DNA of 64,000 nucleotides from Gracilinanus agilis. Its lineage: Eukaryota. Shown in pieces: positions 23,175-35,040 of the stretch. Positions within the stretch are counted from its first letter, which is position 1, and each line of letters begins with the position of its first letter. Made by a program: the position numbers and the translations under genes. Under the pieces are notes generated by a model that had not been told where the DNA came from, made no database searches, and worked only from the letters and a program-made list of their open reading frames with translations. Where the stretch lies: NCBI RefSeq assembly GCF_016433145.1, contig NC_058132.1, positions 494,775,127 to 494,839,126 on the forward strand, read 5' to 3'.

Positions 23175-23350
23175 TCACTGGTCTAGAATTGGATGGGATC
23201 TCAGGGACCATCTAGGCCAATACTCTGATTTTATACTTCAGAAAACTGAGCCCAAGACAGGTTAAGGGCTTTCCACAAGTTTAAACATGCAATAAATGGT
23301 ACAGCTGAGTTTGAAGTCAGTCCTCTGATTCCAAATCCAGCGCTTTTATT
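23175..23350 (-). mobile_element. MIR
   Basis: ggatctcagggaccatctagg...gaaaactgagcccaag...tctgattccaaatccagcgct. Confidence 0.75.
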
Positions 23351-23506
23351 GCCTTGGTTAAACAATGCTTTTGACAAAATATTCTGGTTTGACTAATGAA
23401 AATCCTTTCTTCTATGCTATCATACTCCAGAGGAACTGCTTTGCATAAGCTTGTTTCAGGCCTAAATGAAACATCATAATTTGCAGTGGGCATCCAGCCC
23501 CTAAAG

Positions 23507-23714
23507 CAGGGGTCAGCAACATATGGCTCTTGAGCCATATCTGGCTCTTTTGAGGGCCAGATATGGCTCTTTCTGCAGGAGCCATAAAGTCACTTTTTTT
23601 TTCAGGTGCTGTTACAGGAGCACGCACTGTGAGCACTGTACGGCTCTCACGAAATTACATTTTAAAAAATGTGGCGTTTATGGCTCTCACGGCCAAAAAG
23701 GTTGCTGACCACTG
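23507..23714. mobile_element. Intact hAT/Charlie-type MITE (208 bp)
   Basis: 14-bp TIRs CAGGGGTCAGCAAC / GTTGCTGACCACTG (1 mismatch); perfect 8-bp TSD CCCTAAAG at 23499-23506 and 23715-23722. Confidence 0.93.
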
Positions 23715-24005
23715 CCCTAAAGCAATAAATCTAGCCTTAGATATGGGATGGGCAATAGTGGAAGCACAGAGTTCAACCTTAATAATAAAGTTCTACAAAG
23801 TCAGGTCTGGCTTGCTTACAAATGTAAGGACTTAAATTAATCTCTTCCACTTCCCAGAGATCATCAGTTGATGAAGGAATATGATTCTGATCCAAAAAAT
23901 GGGATTTCAAATGAAAAAACAATGACTAAAGAGACCACAGTAGTATCTTCTCCTTTGCAATAAGTAGAATTTCTTGTTGAATGTAGGTCCTTTATTTATA
24001 ATGAA

Positions 24006-24480
24006 TTGAATGATTCAATTCAATGCAATAAACAATGATTAAGCCCCTACTATGTGCTAGGCACTATCATAAGTGCTAGAGCTATAAAAAGTCAAAAGAC
24101 ATATCTTTGTCCTCAAGGCTCTTATTGTCTAATGGGGGAGACAACATACAATTGAATATGTACAAAATAAGTTACATACAAGACCACTGGGAAATAACAG
24201 AAGGAAAACACTAGAATTAAGAGGGACTGGAAAAGGCAACCAGTGAAAATAGGATTGGGACTTACAGGAAGTCAGGGTATCTTGTAAGCAGAGATGAGGA
24301 GGGAGAGCATTCCAGGAATGGCAGCCAGCCAGAAAAAAAAAATGAAAAAACATCTGGTGTCAAGTAATGGAGTGTTTTGTTTGTGGAATAGCCAGGAGGC
24401 TGGAATTACTGGATCAACTAATATGTGTTGAAAAGTAAGCTGTGAGAAGACTGGAAAGGTAGGAGAGTACTAGGTTGTGG
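24006..24480 (-). mobile_element. L2 3' fragment
   Basis: attaagcccctactatgtgctaggcact...gtcctcaagg...ctaatgggggagacaac. Confidence 0.8.
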
Positions 24481-24539
24481 TAATTATTACTACAGAACAG
24501 AAGAAGAAAATGAATTGCATTTATTTCTATTTCCAATTA

Positions 24540-24742
24540 AGGGAGGCAACATATTGCACTGGTAAAAGTAATAGATTTGGAGTAAGAAGCTCTGAATTCT
24601 AGTTTGTTTCTGTCACATATTGACTGTATGACTTTGCATAAGTCCTTTAACCACTTTTAGCCTCATTTTCCTCACTTGCAAAATGAGAAGGTTGGGCAAA
24701 ACACCTGTAAGGCCCTTTCCAGCTCTACAATCTATGGCCCTT
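24540..24742 (+). mobile_element. MIR
   Basis: CORE ...gactttgcataagtcctttaacc...cctcattttcctcacttgcaaaatgag. Confidence 0.75.
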
Positions 24743-24779
24743 TGATATGGAGTCAATATACCCACATTATAAAGGGAAA

Positions 24780-25050
24780 AGTATTAGGAAGGCCTAGAAC
24801 TGGCAGAATATTTCCAAGGTAAAAGATAGTTTTAGAGGAGGAAATATGGTTTATCAATGAAAAATATGTTTACTGGTCTCTGTAGGAGTAATAGCAAGGA
24901 CATAATCTCAAACATAAAGATTCTCAAAAAGAGAAGACAATAGAATTTAAGCTTCAGATGTGAGGCTTGGAATCTCTTTTCCATTTATATTACTAAGTAT
25001 TTAAAGCAAATGGTGGAGTGGAATATATTTTCCCCCTTGCATAGTGATTG
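24780..25050 (+). mobile_element. CR1/L3 fragment
   Basis: Degenerate CR1 3' region motifs. Confidence 0.4.
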
Positions 25051-25299
25051 TCTGCAATCATTAGGACACAAAATAGGAAAAAGGAAATAATTTGACAAAA
25101 TGCCCAGAGGCACCACATGATATTAAAGGATGGCATCCTTCACATATGTGTAGATTTGTTTCAAAATGGGCTTTGACTCCAAAAAAGAAGAATTAAAAAA
25201 AGTATCTCACAAGTTCATTTCAATTCATTAAGCTCCTACTATGTGCTAGCCATGATGAAGACAAAAATGACAAAAATTCTGTCTTTAAATATGATATAT

Positions 25300-25460
25300 T
25301 TAGAAGGAATCATAGAGATCATCAGTCCTATCCCCCTTGCTTTGTAGATGGGGAAACTGAGGCTCAAAAAATTAACTTCCTTAAGGTAATAAAACTTGTA
25401 TTTATGTCAGGAATAAAGTCTAGATCTTCTTCACTTCAACTCTGGTGTTCTAGACACAAT
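25300..25460 (-). mobile_element. MIR
   Basis: gtagatggggaaactgaggctca. Confidence 0.7.
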
Positions 25461-25684
25461 GACAAGCTTATTTTATTAAAGTATTATAACAGAAAAATAG
25501 CACAAGAACTTATATATAAATATGAAAGAATTTAAGACATTGACAAATATCCATGGGGAACACTAAATGATTTCTTTAGGAGCTGAGAAGAACCTTAAAG
25601 GAAATTAGTGATTTTAAGATATACAAATAAGATGAGAGTAAAGGCAAAGCATGGTAAATAATCCATGAAAAGCCATAGGGTGAG

Positions 25685-27610
25685 TTAGTCAACAAAATTT
25701 TATTAAGTATCTACTGTGTTTCAGTAATGAAAGGTTAAAAAAAACCAACAAAATCAAAAAAGGCAAAATCAAAAGTTTCTCTGCTCTCAAAAAGCTCACA
25801 ATCTAAGAGATAATATGTAAGCAACTATGTATAAACAAAATATATTCAGGATAAATTGGAAATTATCAACAGAGAGAAGAATGCACTAGCATTAAAAGGG
25901 TTTGGAAATTGCTTCCTATAGAGAATAGGATTGTAGCTGGGTCTTAAAGAAAACAAGCAAAACCAGGAGGTAAAGATGATGAGGGAGAAGATTCCAGGCA
26001 TGGGACACAGTAAATGAAAATGTCTGGAGTCCAAATATGGAGTGTCTTATGTGAGAAATAGAAAGAAGGCCAGTGTTGTTAGATGGCAGAATTTGGAGGA
26101 AAGAGAGAGGTAAAGTTCAAGAAGCCTTGAATCATAGACTGGGGATCTACAGGTTTTGAAAAAACTTTGAACACCAAAGGATTTTATATTTGATTCTGGA
26201 GATGAGAGAGAGGCATTGAACTGTATCGATCCAGGAGGTGAGGTATTCAGATCTGTGCATTAGGAACATCATTTTGACAACTCACTGGTGAATGGACTGA
26301 AGTTAGGAGAATTTTGTGGTTAAGCGAGAAACCAGAAGGCTATTATAATAATGGAGGCATAAGTTGATAAAGATTCACAACAATATGGTGATAACGTTAG
26401 AGGAAAGAATGGAGCATATGTAAGAGATGTTACAGAGGAAAAATCATTATCTTTTGGCAACCAATTGAATATATATGATGGATGGGGAAGAAAAATTGTG
26501 GATGACACTCAGGTTGTAAGCCTGGGGAACTAAGGGGGTGGCGATTACTTCAAAGTAACAAGGAACTTTGGAAATGTGGAAAGTTTGGGAGAAGAGATAT
26601 TGAGTTCATTCTGAGTGTAATATGCCTACAGGACATCTAGTTCAGGGTATTCAATAGGCATTTGGAGATATAAGACTAAAGGTCACCGGAGAAACTAGGA
26701 TTGGATATCATTATGATTTGAGAATCATTAGTGTGGAGATGATCGTTGAAGACAAAGAAATTGATGAGGTCAGCCAATGAACTAATATAAAGGAAGAAGA
26801 GAGTTCAAGAAAAGTTCTATAAGACATCTGTATTTAGAAGATGTTACTTGGATAAAAATTTCACAAAAAAGAGATTGAGAAATGGAGTTGTAAGGGCAGG
26901 AAGAGAACTAGGCTAAAATAATGTCTCAACTATCCAGGGGCTTAACCCCCAAACTGAGGAGTTTCTGTTTTATTCTAGAAGCCATAACGAGGCACTAAAG
27001 ATTATTGAACATGGAGGGAACACAGAGAATTATGCTTCAAGAAGATGATTTTGGTTTGGGGGCAGAGGATGGACTGGAGAGGGAAAGCCTGGAAGTGGGG
27101 GGAGTTAATTAGGAAGCAATGGCAATAGTCTAGGCAAGAGAAGATATTAGGGTGGTAGTCATGTATATAGAAAAAATGTGAAGGATATAAACAATATCGT
27201 GGAGGAACAATCAACTAGCCATGGTAACTCATAGAATATAGGGGAGGATGGAGGTGGAAATAAATAATTTTATATGGGGTTTGAAGGGAAAGAAGATTCA
27301 AGGATGACTCCAAGGTTGTGAGGTTATAAATCTCAGTGATTAGAGGGATATTGATATCTTCAATAGATGCAGAGAATTTTGGAGGAAGGATGGGGTAAGG
27401 GGAGAAGATAGTGATTCATTTTTGACATATTTTGGAGGTTCCTGCCAAACAAATAGGTACAGGCATTTAGGGGGCAGTTGATATGTGACTGGAGCTCAAG
27501 TGAAAGATTTTAAATGGCTATATAGATTTGGGAGTTATCTAAATGTAGATCAACCCTGGCTCCACTGAAGTTCATGAAATCACAAGGAGAAAAGAGTATA
27601 AAGGAAAAAG
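25685..27610 (-). mobile_element. Long degraded L2
   Basis: Starts with the antisense L2 tail (tcaacaaaattttattaagtatctactgtg) followed by about 1.9 kb of antisense L2 motifs. Confidence 0.8.
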
Positions 27611-27725
27611 AGAAGAGAGACCAGAAAAGAAGTTTAAGTGAAATCTTTGGTCAGGGCAACATGATGTTTTGTGGCCTTTGGGGTATATTCTCTAAAAATA
27701 TGCACCCTGGCCTCATATGTTCTTT

Positions 27726-27747
27726 ATATATATATATATATATATAT
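27726..27747. repeat. (TA)n microsatellite
   Basis: Directly visible. Confidence 0.95.
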
Positions 27748-28094
27748 CTTCTCCATGTATTTCCAGCTCATAAGTGTTCCCAATGTAAGTAGCTTCCCCT
27801 AATACTTGCTTAGTAATCTGTGGGAGACTGTGTCATGTATGCTCTAGTGCTAGATGGGTGGGTGGGAAATTGTTGTCTAACTTCTTAAGTTTTTTGATGA
27901 AACACCATTTGCTTTAAATTAATGTGCCCTCAGGCTAGATGGGAAATATAAGCACATTGGTTAGGGCTTATGAGCTATGATTTTGAGTGAGAGCCTAACC
28001 CATGGAACTTATCCAATCTGGGATAGATTTTCTGTAGAGTCATGTATGAAAGAGGATAGATCAGGAGCTAAATTTATCTCCCTTAATGAACACT

Positions 28095-28830
28095 GAACTG
28101 GGAGTCAGATGTGAGCTCTAATCTTCTCTCTGCTGTTAAATAGTTTTGTGACCTTGGTCATCTTTTAACTTTTCTGTATAATCAGAGGGTTGCACTAGAT
28201 AATCTCTAAAGTCAATATCAGATTTAACATTGTTTGATGATATTATGTTTATGTATAGGTGAGTTCCATGGAGTAGTGGTGGAATGGGGAAAGGAAGGGA
28301 GCAATTCATCTTGATGCAATGAAACCAACAATAAACTTACAGTCACAGGCTCCGAATTAAAATTCTGTTTATTCCACTTATCATCTGTGTAACCTTGGAC
28401 AATTCACATGTTCTCACTGGGCTTCAGTTTTATCATCTTTAAAATGTGGAGGCTAACTTACATGGTTTCAACCCCATTCCCTCTATATCTGTGATCTCAT
28501 GAGACATATATAAGATTCAGGATAGTGCAGGAGCACTTTGGGTGAAAGAGGAAAACAGGGCTAAGGCAAAAATCATTATGGGGCTAATACCCCATATTTG
28601 TGGTAGCTTTAATTATACTTCGTGTATTCAAGGCAATGGATGTTGGCCTGAAACACTGTCCATACTAGTTTCTGGATATTTTTACAGATATACAATTCCT
28701 TTATTTCCCCCATATTTACCAAAGCCCCATTCCATTTTAATTCATACTAATCTGAGTCTCAGTTTCTTCATTTGTAAAACTGGGTTGGATTAAATATCCT
28801 CTAAAGTCCCTTGCATACCTAAATAGATGA
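28095..28830 (+). mobile_element. Three separate MIR fragments (about 28095-28240, 28345-28500, 28750-28830)
   Basis: CORE motifs tgtgaccttgg, ggcttcagttttatcatctttaaaatg, tctcagtttcttcatttgtaaaac. Confidence 0.6.
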
Positions 28831-29689
28831 TCTATGTTTGGGACAGGCTTTCTCCTTGATCCAGTTTGCTGTAGGCATTTTGGGTTCCATTGACTTTGGA
28901 CACATAAATCTCCTGCCATGCTTGAATCTCAGTGTTAATCCTGGTGTCTTGCTATCTCAGCACATATGGTCAAGGATTTCATCTAGCCAAACAAAATAGA
29001 ACATTTATAGGGGTTGAGGTACCTGGTACCTAAAGATGGAAAGCAGAGGTTTTCTAGGGCTACAAGGCAAATTAGGAAAATTGGAATGGGGTTTGCATAA
29101 CAGTAGAACACAGCCTGGAGATATTCATTCTCTTATTCTTATTTTCAATGAAATCCATTCCCTCTATGTGATAAGGATCATTCTAGGTCCATAGGTCCTC
29201 TTGGCCCATTTTAATGAGGAATGTCACTGCAGTCATATTTTCTTCCTGAATCCATTGTTGACTTTCAAGTAGGAAGTTTGATAAGCTACTTAATTCCATT
29301 AACTCTCAGTTTTCTCTCAATTTGTTTTTAAAATGAAAGTTAACATCACAAGCCTTGAATTCATCCTCATTCCTGATACTGACCATGTGGCAAATAAGAT
29401 GATGACTAGATGAGGAGACGATTAAGCCCAAGTGTGGGGGACTTAATAAATGCTCATTCATTGATGGATGATTAACTACTTCCTTGAGGTCTGCAAAGAT
29501 TTAGTAGGAAGACAGGTCAGGGTAAGATATTTGGTACAATATAGGTAGATATATTGGCAGGCAGCAAGTCAGGGGAGAATTGATAACTGACCTAGATCTT
29601 CTATACTTGGGCAGCCCATTTTTACCAACCCCCTTAAACCTTAGGGAGCTGGCCCAGCAGATAAAATTGTGGATGTAAACTCTTGGAGT

Positions 29690-29875
29690 CCTGAGTTTGA
29701 ATCCTATTTCAGATGCTTACTAATTATGGGACCTTCAGCAAGTGACTAAAACACTTTCATTTTCTTCATCTGTAAAATGGAGATCTTAATATCACCTTCA
29801 CAGGTTATTAGTGTGGGCATAAAATTTATGTAAAATGTTTTCAAATCTTAAATTGGCTACGTAAATGTTAGCTAA
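29690..29875 (+). mobile_element. MIR
   Basis: ggagtcctgagtttgaatcct...ttttcttcatctgtaaaatggagat. Confidence 0.75.
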
Positions 29876-31114
29876 TCTAGTTTTTAAATGGACACTTTAA
29901 TTTTCCTAGCTGTCTCTAATGGCTGTCTGATAGGGAGCGGGTAATGGGGCTTATTTCCTCCAAAGGAATACCCTTCAGTGATTTTAAAATTCCTTCTCCA
30001 AAAGTCTAGAGCTTGTACAGTTTGCTTGAGTATTTCTGCCTGGTTTTCTCAGAGCTCAGGTGATATTTATGCTTCACTGGCCTGTATCAGGTCCAAAAGA
30101 GAGAATAAGTGAGGAAGACTGGCCTGCAGGAACTCTAAGTCAATCAAGGCTAGCCTATAGTAAAAATTCTGCTACCTCAGTACTAGGAAGAACATCTCAG
30201 ATAACTATTGCTTTCAGATCCTTTACCTCATATGCAATTCAGGGTCTCACCATGATATGCAGAATATTTGAGCTGAAAACTTACTGAAGTATTCTAAATC
30301 CTTCCCCTTCTCAACACAAAAGCAAAGCTATTTCCTTTCTGATTTATAGAACTTTACTTTCAAGAGAAATAAGGATTTCTTTATTGCAATAAGCCTTTCT
30401 TAGCCACTATAGACAAGGGCAGAAGAGTTGTGTGACTGGGTGTACTTTCTTCTTTATTGTGAGATTACTATAGGAAAACAGGCAGATTGGTCCTATAAGA
30501 TTTAACCTACAAGTCAGTATCAAGTAATGGGAACCATTATATGCCACCAGAATCCGAAGGGTTCCTGAACCTCTCCTTTGGGCTGGAAATCTCCTTGAAT
30601 TCTTTTTTGAGAAGGTGGACTTCTGTGTTCCTAACTGACTTCTGGTCATTTCAGCTAAGCAGGCATTATCAGCTCTCTATGGTTACTGATTTTGATTGGC
30701 CATGAGCTTCTAATTTCCTGTCTTTGATCTTACTTTCTATTTAGATTCGTTCTTCTTGGATCCTCAACTTTGTGATTCTATGGATGGTTTGATAAGCTAA
30801 CTGTGACTACTGATGAATTTCTTTGTTTAAAATAATTCAGCTTGGTGTTCTTGACAAAAGATTGTACTCTGATTCCAATTAAGCCTTCTTGACAAAGAGT
30901 ATTTGCTTGTGCTAATAAATGCTTGCTGATGATTCCTTAGATGAAATGCTATTAAGTTTCCCTTCCTTTGTCATGTGATTTCCAGTAATAGTAGACAGGT
31001 AGACTATATATGTCTCCTGTCTCAGGACTATTCTACCAAAGGAAGGAGGGATTCATTCCCAGATTTGACACAGGGTGATGAATTTGGGGCCATGGTAATT
31101 CTTGAGGACAACTG

Positions 31115-31220
31115 ATTTTTTTATTTGAAAATTTCCATTTAATTAACTAATTGAGAATATTTTTCCATGGTTACATGATTCATGTTCTTTACTTCCCCTC
31201 CTCTCAACCCCCTCCCACAG
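31115..31220 (-). mobile_element. Very short L1 3' end
   Basis: atatttttccatggttacatgattcatgttcttt is the reverse complement of the L1 end at about 1400 and 15600; degenerate TSD ggacaactgatt / ggacaatttatt. Confidence 0.85.
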
Positions 31221-31544
31221 GACAATTTATTATTAAAAAGGTGTGGCAATTGGCATGAGAAGGACTATCCGTCCTGACAAAATTCTATACTGTTAGTGTT
31301 AAAATAAATGTTTTCTAGATTTGATCCACATGGTAATACATCCGTTAATCCTGTGTCTTGATATAGATTTAGGCTTGAGAGTTCTTACAGAGGCAATTTC
31401 CTTCCCTTTGCTTGCTAACATATATGGTAGGGCTCCTTTATGGGTTAAGGATAGAAAATACCATATTAAGGCTGTAATTAATACATATCAAAGAAAAGTG
31501 GAGAATTGATGCCCTTGGTTTGGAAAATTCAGGGACTTCTCCCA

Positions 31545-31745
31545 TCAGAATGTTGGATTTGAAGTCAAGAAGATATGAGTTCAAATATTTCCTCAGACAC
31601 TCAGACATCCCAGTTGTAGGCAAATTATTTAATCTCTTTCATATTGTTTCCTCATCTGTAAAATGGGAATAGCATAGGGCTGATAAGAGGACTAAATAAA
31701 ATAGCATATGTAAAGTGCTTTGTAAACAGTAGAGTACTAAATATA
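31545..31745 (+). mobile_element. MIR
   Basis: aagtcaagaagatatgagttcaaat...gtttcctcatctgtaaaatggga...gtaaagtgctttgtaaac. Confidence 0.8.
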
Positions 31746-32106
31746 CATGAACAATTATTATTGATTATTATTATTATCTTATTAAATATTTCAACACATG
31801 AGCCAAACTTCATTCCTTTGCTTGAATATTTCAAGTAATTACCAGCATCTTCCATTTTCCTTCGTACAGCCATGAAGGGCCTTAGAGGCTGTCTCCACAA
31901 CCATATGTAATGGCATATTCCTTTCCCCAAACATTTGCTTGCCGCTGTGTAGACCCAGCCTTGGGGTCATCCCAGGCAAACCTTTATCTTGGAATGGAGA
32001 TCTCCATAAAGTGAATCTGGCTGTCTTGTTCCAGCACCAGCTGGCTGTCTATGGTATGAAAGAATCGAAGAGTATTTTACACTATAGAAATTGTCTTCCA
32101 GGCCCA

Positions 32107-32286
32107 NNNNNNNNNNNNNNNNNNNNNNNNNNNNNNNNNNNNNNNNNNNNNNNNNNNNNNNNNNNNNNNNNNNNNNNNNNNNNNNNNNNNNNNNNNNNNN
32201 NNNNNNNNNNNNNNNNNNNNNNNNNNNNNNNNNNNNNNNNNNNNNNNNNNNNNNNNNNNNNNNNNNNNNNNNNNNNNNNNNNNNNN
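32107..32286. other. Assembly gap (180 N)
   Basis: N run. Confidence 1.
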
Positions 32287-34074
32287 ATGGATGTGTGACA
32301 AGGGGGACCAAGGTCATCCTTTGACACTGATAGAAAAGGGTTATCACTTTTCTCTGTCAGAGGCACCTTCATCAAAAAAAAAAATAAACCTGTAGATCAT
32401 GAACATAAAGTAACAAAGAGAGAACTCTTCACTAAATTCTCAAATCGGAATGGAAGGAACTTCACTGGGGACTAGTGGCCTTGGGCAAGTCTCCTGTACT
32501 CTTCTTAGGCTTTATGTCAGCTTGTCATCTGAGAGTCGTTATACCTGCTACATCTCTGCCTGGGGAGATAAGGAGGAAGAAGAAAAACATGATGAGGAGG
32601 AACCATGAAAAAGGCACATTTTCAGTAAGCTTTCAGATCATTCAGAGGGGGAAAAAAAAAGACAGTCTGAAAAATTAGTATTAAAAAAGATGATGATATT
32701 ATAGTATTCATGTCAGCAGCACCCTGTATTTAAATATAGCTCTGTATTGGTTAGCAAAATGATGTGGTTATGAACTGACTATTAATACGACTATATGCCT
32801 CAGAGGAAAAAAATTCTTGCCTCTCTTGGTTGTAGAAGCTCCTTTTTAGTGTGGCTGTACCCTTCTTTTGTTGGAACAAACTATATTGTTTTACTTTGAA
32901 ACCTCTCCATTTGGAACTTACCAGAATTATAGCATCCGATAGTTGGAATGAAGGAGATTTTTTTTAAAGTCCTGGTAGAAATGGGGCTCGAAGGGATGAC
33001 TTCTCAAAGAGGTGACTCCCTTACCTCCTAGCCTCACATAAGGGACTCAAAAGATAAATAGACACATCTTTTCTCTCACTCCCTCAAATCCTCCTTTTTT
33101 CTACCAAACACTCAGATATTTGAAGGACTCTCTAAATAACAAGGCTTCTTGATATGCCAACCAGTCTAATACTTAACCATCAGAACAAAATCTTGATGCT
33201 GCTGTTGAGTGACAGTATGTTTGCACAAATAATCTAAAATCCAACATTGGTTTCTGAGAAGGAAAATGTCTTCTTCAATCTGCTCCTGCTTCTCTTTATT
33301 GTTCTTAGTTTTTTTCTCCTCTTCCTCCTTCTGTCTGTCTGTCTGGCTCTCTCCCTTCATCTTAACAGAATTAATTCAACCATTTCTCTTTTAGGTGGGA
33401 ATAACTAATCTGTTCTGTGTGATACATTTGTAGTTAATCACTCCACTTCTCACCTTTCCAATGACCCATGGTAGTAATACCTTACAAAGCTTTATTGTCA
33501 AAGGAGTAAATACTGATTATGGAAGAAAAATTTAAAAAAAAAAACCACTTGGGTAAGAAGTCTTCCATAAAAGAACAGCAAGAAAAGGATAGGAAGTTCT
33601 TCCCAGGTAAGGCAGCTTACGTATGTTATGTACAGTAAGTGGTTCTGTGTTTAAAGTGAAACACCAGACTGGTTGGCTATTAGCCAGATTTATGTAAATA
33701 GAAAGAAAAGAATCCTTCTTCCATGAAAGCATTTCCTTCATTTCCCCCATGGAACAGTTCAAAGTGATCTAGAGATTACTTAAAGGTATTCATTAAAAAA
33801 TAGCAAAAAGCATGAATATTATATTTTTCACCCGGGACAAAATATGGACAATTCAATTGCACTGGGATTTGGTAAGACAGAGATGTCTCTAGGTTTCTGA
33901 TTTTTATTGTTATTATTATTGGAAACATCCCTCTGACCAATATAGAAGCATTCCTGAGAAAATGGAGGCTACTTCTAAGTGATCTGACCAAACTGAAGAT
34001 GTTCCTGATCCTTGTAATAAGGAAACAAAAATGAAAATTTTCACTTAGCCACATGACACAGCAAGGTAAGCACA

Positions 34075-35040
34075 ATAAACACATGGTCCTTTTCATCAAG
34101 AGAGATTTGGGTTCAAATCCTACCTCTGGCACTTACTAACCTTGATCCAGGGAAAATTCCATCACTTGTCTGAGTCTTAGTTTCTTCAATGGTTTCATTG
34201 GGATAACATTACCTATAGGAGCTTTTAGAGGCTATCTAGTCTAAACTTTTTTCATTTTACAATCAAATAAATGGAGTCTCAGAGAGGTTGTTACCATAAT
34301 ATTGTCACAGACATTAGTGGCAGAATGAAATGATTACATAAAAGTAGTGATACCCAGAATCACCAAAAAGATACCTCCGTGGTTATCAGCACAAATCACC
34401 TTATAATTGCCCCTATTTTTGTATGTTGCTTGTAACAATTATATGCTTGCTCAGAGTGAGTGAAGTGACTTGCCCGTGCTCTCACAGAGAGCATCAGAGG
34501 AGATAGTTGAGGCTAGGTCTTCCTGACTCCTGCTACTCTCACTGCATTGTCTTGAAGCTTCCTTAAGATACATCACTTTGTCGACCTTAAAGCATGATAT
34601 AAATACTGGTTATAATAATTATCCTTATTTTCTAAATACATTAACTGAGTCATCTATTATGTATAAGGCATCATGACAAGCTTCATACTAGGGCATGGCC
34701 CCAGACATGAATCTGTTTATGTTCTAATTAATATTTGATATACAACTACAGAAGAGAGACTACAATATAGTGGATAAGTACTGGGCCTAGAACCAGGTAG
34801 ATCTGGGTTCAAATAACTCCTCTGAACTACATGATCTTGAGCAAGTCACTTATCTTCTATCTTGCTCAATTTCCTCAATTGTAAAAAGAGGGAAATAATA
34901 CCTCACGGGATTATTGCTAAGATTATAATCAATAATATAGGTAATAGATAGTAGATAATATGATTACCAAGAAATAATAACTATAAGGCAGATAGCACAA
35001 AACCTGACACATAGTAAGAGAGTAATAAATGTTTATTTAC
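34075..35040. mobile_element. Cluster of MIR fragments in both orientations, with an L2 tail near 35000
   Basis: CORE motifs at about 34100 (+), 34260 (-), 34460 (-), 34800 (+). Confidence 0.65.

Noticed and set aside
23317-23835. Four overlapping ORFs
   Set aside because: They cross a MIR and a hAT MITE; no transposase motifs.
30420-30900. Coding-like composition on the minus strand (NTEVHLLKKEFKEISSPKERF)
   Set aside because: Multiple stops, no recognisable family, no bracketing splice sites; cannot call a pseudogene.
31939-32106. Exon-like segment beside gap 4
   Set aside because: Plausible splice sites on both strands but weak donors and unrecognised peptides; may be an old repeat.
11207-32375. 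Long ORFs containing X runs
   Set aside because: Artefacts of reading through the four N gaps.
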